Positions 59,929 through 64,000 of a stretch of 64,000 nt of DNA are shown one piece after another. Source of the DNA: Gammaproteobacteria bacterium (GTDB lineage: Bacteria > Pseudomonadota > Gammaproteobacteria > JACQPQ01); NCBI GenBank assembly GCA_016207405.1, contig JACQPQ010000018.1:20767-84766 (forward strand), in the 5' to 3' direction. The notes under the pieces were generated by a model. The model made no database searches, had not been told where the DNA came from, and saw only the letters and a list, made by a program, of their open reading frames with translations. Within the stretch, counting starts at the first letter, position 1. Each line of letters opens with the position of its first letter. The position numbers and the translations under genes are program-made.

Positions 59929-60971
59929 TGCCTTATTACAAAGACAGTACGGTCGTTGTATTTGTCAATGGCGCTTGGAAGAAGCTTTCTAAAAAAAATG
60001 GGAGTTTCACCAATCACGGTGTAAATATTCAGTGCCTTCGAGAGTGGAAAGACAGAGCTCAAAAACCTTTCCTTCGTTATTTTGATCGGCTGGCTAACAA
60101 ACAAGATCTCGCTCTTGTAAATGGCGGGTGTGGAATTTTTTTGCCTGCTTGTCATAAGGCGACTGCCCCTATTCATCTATTCTTTTATAGCGAAGGGGAG
60201 TCCGTCACGTATTATCCAAGAGTACTCGTCATTGCAGAGGAAAAAAGCCAGGTAACCCTTGTAGAACATTATGTCGGAGGAGCATCCAAAGGGAGTGTTG
60301 TGCATGGCGTGAGCGAAATTTATGTTGGGAAGGGGGCACGGGTTGCCCATACCCAGCTCTTTTATGAAGAGAGCCGTACCGTGCAGTCATCAAGTGTTTG
60401 GGCGAAACAAGACGAAGACAGCCAGTTTACCTCTTTTGTGCTATCCATGGGGGGCGAGCGGACGAAGCAAGAACTCACCGTGAACTTATCCTCTCCCGGC
60501 GCAACCTGTACTCTGAATGGTCTTTACCTCGTGGGGGCGTGTGAGGAGGCTTGTCATCACACCAAAATCGAACATAATGCACCTTTTTGCGAAAGCAAAG
60601 AAGTTTACCGAGGCGTGGTGGGTAAACATGGGAAGGCGAATTTTAATGGAAAGATTGTCGTAGAGGAGGGCGCTATTAAGAGTCGTGCTTCTCTCGTCAA
60701 TAAAAACCTTATGCTGTGTGAGGAAAGTGAAATAAATACAAAGCCTGAGTTAGAAATTTATAATGATGACGTCGTGTGTACACATGGGGCAACGGTTGGG
60801 CAACTCGATGAACAAGCTCTTTTTTATTTTCGAAGTAGAGGAATAGAACCCCAGCAGGCTAAGAAATTATTGGTCTCCGCTTTTGTGAATGAAGAAATGA
60901 AGCATATTCCTGCTCCCATTCTTCCCCTGATAGAAAAAAAGAAAGAAAACTTTTTTGAAATTGGAACTTAA
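59928..60971 (+). CDS. sufD: Fe-S cluster assembly protein SufD
   Basis: Paralogue of SufB. The start at the TAATG overlap with sufC is preferred. Confidence 0.85.
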   Translation: MPYYKDSTVVVFVNGAWKKLSKKNGSFTNHGVNIQCLREWKDRAQKPFLRYFDRLANKQDLALVNGGCGIFLPACHKATAPIHLFFYSEGESVTYYPRVLVIAEEKSQVTLVEHYVGGASKGSVVHGVSEIYVGKGARVAHTQLFYEESRTVQSSSVWAKQDEDSQFTSFVLSMGGERTKQELTVNLSSPGATCTLNGLYLVGACEEACHHTKIEHNAPFCESKEVYRGVVGKHGKANFNGKIVVEEGAIKSRASLVNKNLMLCEESEINTKPELEIYNDDVVCTHGATVGQLDEQALFYFRSRGIEPQQAKKLLVSAFVNEEMKHIPAPILPLIEKKKENFFEIGT

Positions 60972-62210
60972 ATGGCATCCTCAATATTTCCTATAACAAC
61001 CATAAGACAGGATTTTCCTATTTTGCACAAACCAGTGCATGGGAAGCCCTTAATATATCTTGATAATGCAGCAACGACTCAAAAGCCTAAAAAGGTTATC
61101 GAAGCACTGGTCGCCTTTTACGAGCAAAGCAATGCGAATATTCATCGGGGTGTTCATGCTTTAAGCGAATGTTCTACCCAAAAATACGAAGCTGCCCGTG
61201 AAAAGGTTCGTGCTTGGGTCCATGCAAAGTCTACGGATGAAATCATTTTTACAAAAGGCACAACGGAAGCACTTAATTTAGTGGCCGAGAGTTGGGCTCG
61301 GCCCCAGTTACACAAGGGCGATGAAATTTTGCTAACAGAAATGGAACACCATTCCAATATTGTGCCCTGGCAGTTTGTTTGTCAGAAAACAGGGGCCGTA
61401 TTAAAAGTAGTCCCTGTGAATAATCAGGGTGAATTGGTGTGGGAAGAGTTTTTAAAGCGCCTGGGCAGACGCACTAAAATTGTAGCGGTGACCCACGTCT
61501 CCAATACCTTGGGAACGGTAAATCCTATCGCTTCTATTGTAAAAAAAGCGAAAGAAGTGGGAGCGGTAGTGGTGGTAGATGGCGCACAGGCCGTAGCCCA
61601 TATTCCCGTGGATGTACAAACGTTAGGGTGCGATTTTTATGCGTTTTCAGGCCACAAGATGTATGGTCCAACCGGGATCGGCGTTTTATATGGAAAGGCA
61701 GAGCATTTAGAGCGTATGGAACCCTATCAAGGAGGGGGGGATATGATTCGGTCTGTCACCTTTGATAAAACAGAATATGCGCCGCCGCCATTTAAATTTG
61801 AAGCAGGGACTCCCCCGATCTCCGGCGCCGTTGCTTTAGGTGCTGCTATGGAAACTCTTTCCCAGATTGGGTTAGAGGCGATCGCATCCCATGAGCACTC
61901 TTTGTTAGACTATGCTACCCAAAAGTTGAGAGAAGAGAAGGGACTCTCGATTATTGGGCAAGCAAAAGAAAAGGGCGGCATTATTTCTTTTGTGTGTGAG
62001 GGAGTGCATCCTCATGATATCGGTACGCTTCTCGATGAGGAGGGCATTGCCATTCGTGCAGGGCACCATTGTACCATGCCACTCATGAAACGTTTGGGTG
62101 TTCCAGGCACAGCGCGCATTTCCTTTGCCTTGTATAACACAAAAGAAGAAATCGATGCGTTAGTGGAAGGGCTTCATAAAGTAAGAAAAGTATTTTCAAT
62201 TCCGTCATGA
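60972..62210 (+). CDS. sufS: Cysteine desulfurase
   Basis: PLP-Lys SGHKMYGPTG and active-Cys RAGHHC motifs. Confidence 0.95.
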   Translation: MASSIFPITTIRQDFPILHKPVHGKPLIYLDNAATTQKPKKVIEALVAFYEQSNANIHRGVHALSECSTQKYEAAREKVRAWVHAKSTDEIIFTKGTTEALNLVAESWARPQLHKGDEILLTEMEHHSNIVPWQFVCQKTGAVLKVVPVNNQGELVWEEFLKRLGRRTKIVAVTHVSNTLGTVNPIASIVKKAKEVGAVVVVDGAQAVAHIPVDVQTLGCDFYAFSGHKMYGPTGIGVLYGKAEHLERMEPYQGGGDMIRSVTFDKTEYAPPPFKFEAGTPPISGAVALGAAMETLSQIGLEAIASHEHSLLDYATQKLREEKGLSIIGQAKEKGGIISFVCEGVHPHDIGTLLDEEGIAIRAGHHCTMPLMKRLGVPGTARISFALYNTKEEIDALVEGLHKVRKVFSIPS

Positions 62211-62680
62211 ATATTGAAATTCCCGAACTCTATCAGGAAGTGATTCTAGGGCACGGGAAGAATCCTAGAAATCAGAGGCGACTCAATCCCTGCACCCATA
62301 CCTACGAAGGATTTAACCCCCTGTGTGGGGACCGTGTGACCGTCTATTTGGTTGTCGAACAAGACATTATTCAAGACATTAGTTTTGAAGGTGCAGGGTG
62401 TGTGATCTCCATGGCCTCTGCTTCCTTAATGACAGAGCTTTTGAAAGGAAAAAAACTCGCTTGGGCGAAGGAAGTTTTGAAATCTTTTTATCACAGTGTG
62501 ACCCAAGATTTTGAGAGTCTTTCAAAAGAAGAAAAAGAGGCGCTCGGTGAAAAACTGTTGATGTTGGGAAACGTTCAAAAATATCCCATGCGGGTAAAAT
62601 GCGCCACGTTGGTTTGGCATGCCGTAGAGGAGGCCTTAGGTTTTAAACAAAATGAGGAGAACCCTTATGCAACATTCTAA
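62207..62680 (+). CDS. sufU: NifU/IscU-like SufU-type sulfur acceptor/scaffold
   Basis: Conserved Cys residues in NPLCGD, GAGCVIS and one further position. Confidence 0.75.
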   Translation: MNIEIPELYQEVILGHGKNPRNQRRLNPCTHTYEGFNPLCGDRVTVYLVVEQDIIQDISFEGAGCVISMASASLMTELLKGKKLAWAKEVLKSFYHSVTQDFESLSKEEKEALGEKLLMLGNVQKYPMRVKCATLVWHAVEEALGFKQNEENPYATF

Positions 62681-63011
62681 CCCTATTCAAATATCCCCTG
62701 CCGCGGAAAAGCATATTCAAAAGCAAATTGCAAAAGAGGGGGGCGGCAAAAATTTAAGAGTATCCGTTGAGAAAGGCGGATGTTCTGGGCTTTCTTATGT
62801 TCTAGGGCTCGTGGAAAAACAAGAAGCGGGGGACTTGGTTTTCCCGTTAGAATCTGGATTTTCTGTTTTTGTAGAGCCCACAAGTTACACGTACTTAAAG
62901 GGTATGCAGATTGATTTTGTGAAGAAGGGGTTTAATGGGCAATTGGTGTTTGTGAACCCAAATGTTAAAAAGACCTGTGGGTGCGGGGAAAGTTTTAGTG
63001 TTGAGGAATAA
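62667..63011 (+). CDS. HesB/IscA-family Fe-S carrier, SufA-like
   Basis: C-terminal CGCGESF motif. Confidence 0.8.
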   Translation: MQHSNPIQISPAAEKHIQKQIAKEGGGKNLRVSVEKGGCSGLSYVLGLVEKQEAGDLVFPLESGFSVFVEPTSYTYLKGMQIDFVKKGFNGQLVFVNPNVKKTCGCGESFSVEE

Positions 63012-63017
63012 GTTTAA

Positions 63018-63554
63018 GTGACTGAACGCGAGCCAATTGCATTAAAGCGTGATTGTGAAGTTCGGATCATTCCTTTAGGCACATTAGTGACTTTAAAAAA
63101 AGGAATGAATGTCATTGTCACGCAGTCCTTAGGGGGTAGTTTCACCATAGAAGCAGAAGGCAGTCTATTTCGCGTTGACAACCAGGATGCGGATGCTTTG
63201 GGGAAAGAACCGGTACAAACGCCTTCGTCACAGGATTGTGAGTTGACTGTTGAGGGGATCTTAGAGCACTTAAAGACTTGTTATGATCCCGAAATCCCCG
63301 TCAATATTGTTGATTTAGGCTTGATTTATAGTTGCGAACTCATTCCTTGTCCGGAAGGTAGCGTAAGAGTTGTTATCGTGATGACATTAACGGCTCCTGG
63401 ATGTGGGATGGGGCCTGTATTAGTAGAGGAAATTGAAAGAAAAGTAAAAAATATCTCCGGTGTCCAGGAAGTAACCGTCCAGTTGGTTTTTGAACCACCC
63501 TGGGACCAGAGCCGGCTTTCTGAGGTTGCTAAAATTCAATTGGGGCTTTGCTAA
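63018..63554 (+). CDS. DUF59/MIP18-family Fe-S assembly protein, SufT-like
   Basis: DUF59 core DPEIPVNIVDLGLIY. Confidence 0.7.
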   Translation: MTEREPIALKRDCEVRIIPLGTLVTLKKGMNVIVTQSLGGSFTIEAEGSLFRVDNQDADALGKEPVQTPSSQDCELTVEGILEHLKTCYDPEIPVNIVDLGLIYSCELIPCPEGSVRVVIVMTLTAPGCGMGPVLVEEIERKVKNISGVQEVTVQLVFEPPWDQSRLSEVAKIQLGLC

Positions 63555-63560
63555 GGGCAG

Positions 63561-64000
63561 TGCTCCACGTTAATGACATTAAACATTACTTTTCGAATCT
63601 TCAACAAACGATTTGTTTAGCCCTAGAAAAAGTAGAGTGTGAAAAAACCTTCCAAAAATTTCCATGGCAGCATACTGGAATTGTTCGAGGAGAAGGGCGG
63701 ACTGCTGTACTAGAAGGGGGAAAATGTATTGAAAAGGGAGGCGTAAATGTTTCCCATGTTTTTGGAGACGCTCTTCCCCCATCTTCTACCGAAGGACTGC
63801 GAAGGCCGACTGGAGATCAGGCATTTCAAGCACTCGGTATTTCGCTTATTCTTCATCCAGAAAATCCCTATGTCCCAACGGTGCACATGAACTTACGTTT
63901 TTTTAAGGAGGAGAATTCTGATTCTCCCCTGTGGTGGTTTGGAGGAGGGATGGATTTAACGCCCTGTTATGGGTTTGAGGAGGATGCTCGGCATTGGCAT
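63561..64000 (+). CDS. hemF: Oxygen-dependent coproporphyrinogen-III oxidase. GTG start; the 3' end runs off the window.
   Basis: NPYVPTVHMNLRFF...WWFGGGMDLTPCYGFEEDARHWH matches the HemF signature. Confidence 0.8.

Noticed and set aside
1-64000. Search for CRISPR arrays, rRNA, tmRNA, RNase P and group II introns
   Set aside because: No regularly spaced direct repeats with unique spacers and no recognisable structured-RNA signatures were seen. The only RNA gene supported is tRNA-Arg.

Overview
This is a chromosomal window from a gammaproteobacterium-like genome with moderate GC. A housekeeping backbone is interrupted by several accessory insertions.

Backbone genes in recognisable order are:
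- rpsB-tsf-pyrH, divergent from map;
- mltG-tmk;
- glyA-ribD-mnmA;
- truA, trpF, trpB-trpA-accD;
- ubiJ-ubiB, rnhA-dnaQ, sspA, argH;
- an iscR-like regulator followed by sufBCDS-sufU-sufA-sufT, then hemF.

Accessory and anomalous content:
1. An AT-rich single-gene AAA-ATPase plus PD-(D/E)XK nuclease fusion sits between tmk and glyA.
2. A roughly 5.75 kb decayed integrative island lies in tRNA-Arg(TCG), bounded by a 51-bp direct repeat of the tRNA 3' half.
   - It carries a tyrosine-integrase C-terminal remnant and an intact small serine recombinase.
   - It contains three related imperfect palindromic sites, two 32-bp direct repeats and two unknown ORFs.
   - It also holds a mosaic of gene fragments: the YhcG/DUF1016 N-terminus, a helicase SH3-like piece and an HATPase_c_4 C-terminus.
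3. A relE/parE-type toxin-antitoxin pair and an AT-rich TPR secreted protein lie just outside the island's right end.
4. A GC-rich czcCBA heavy-metal RND efflux operon is present.
5. A roughly 185-bp MITE-like element built as a nested palindrome occurs in two copies.
   - One copy supplies the stop codon of nagZ.
6. The truA-trpF-trpBA block is invaded by vapBC, phd-vapC and an M48 peptidase fragment.
   - A secreted trypsin-like protein with a mutated catalytic His sits downstream of a G9 homopolymer tract in its promoter spacer.
7. An IS4-family transposase remnant lies where folC is often found.
8. Several unknown secreted or repeat proteins are scattered through the window.

No CRISPR array or rRNA was seen. 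I name no organism, because none can be supported from the sequence alone.
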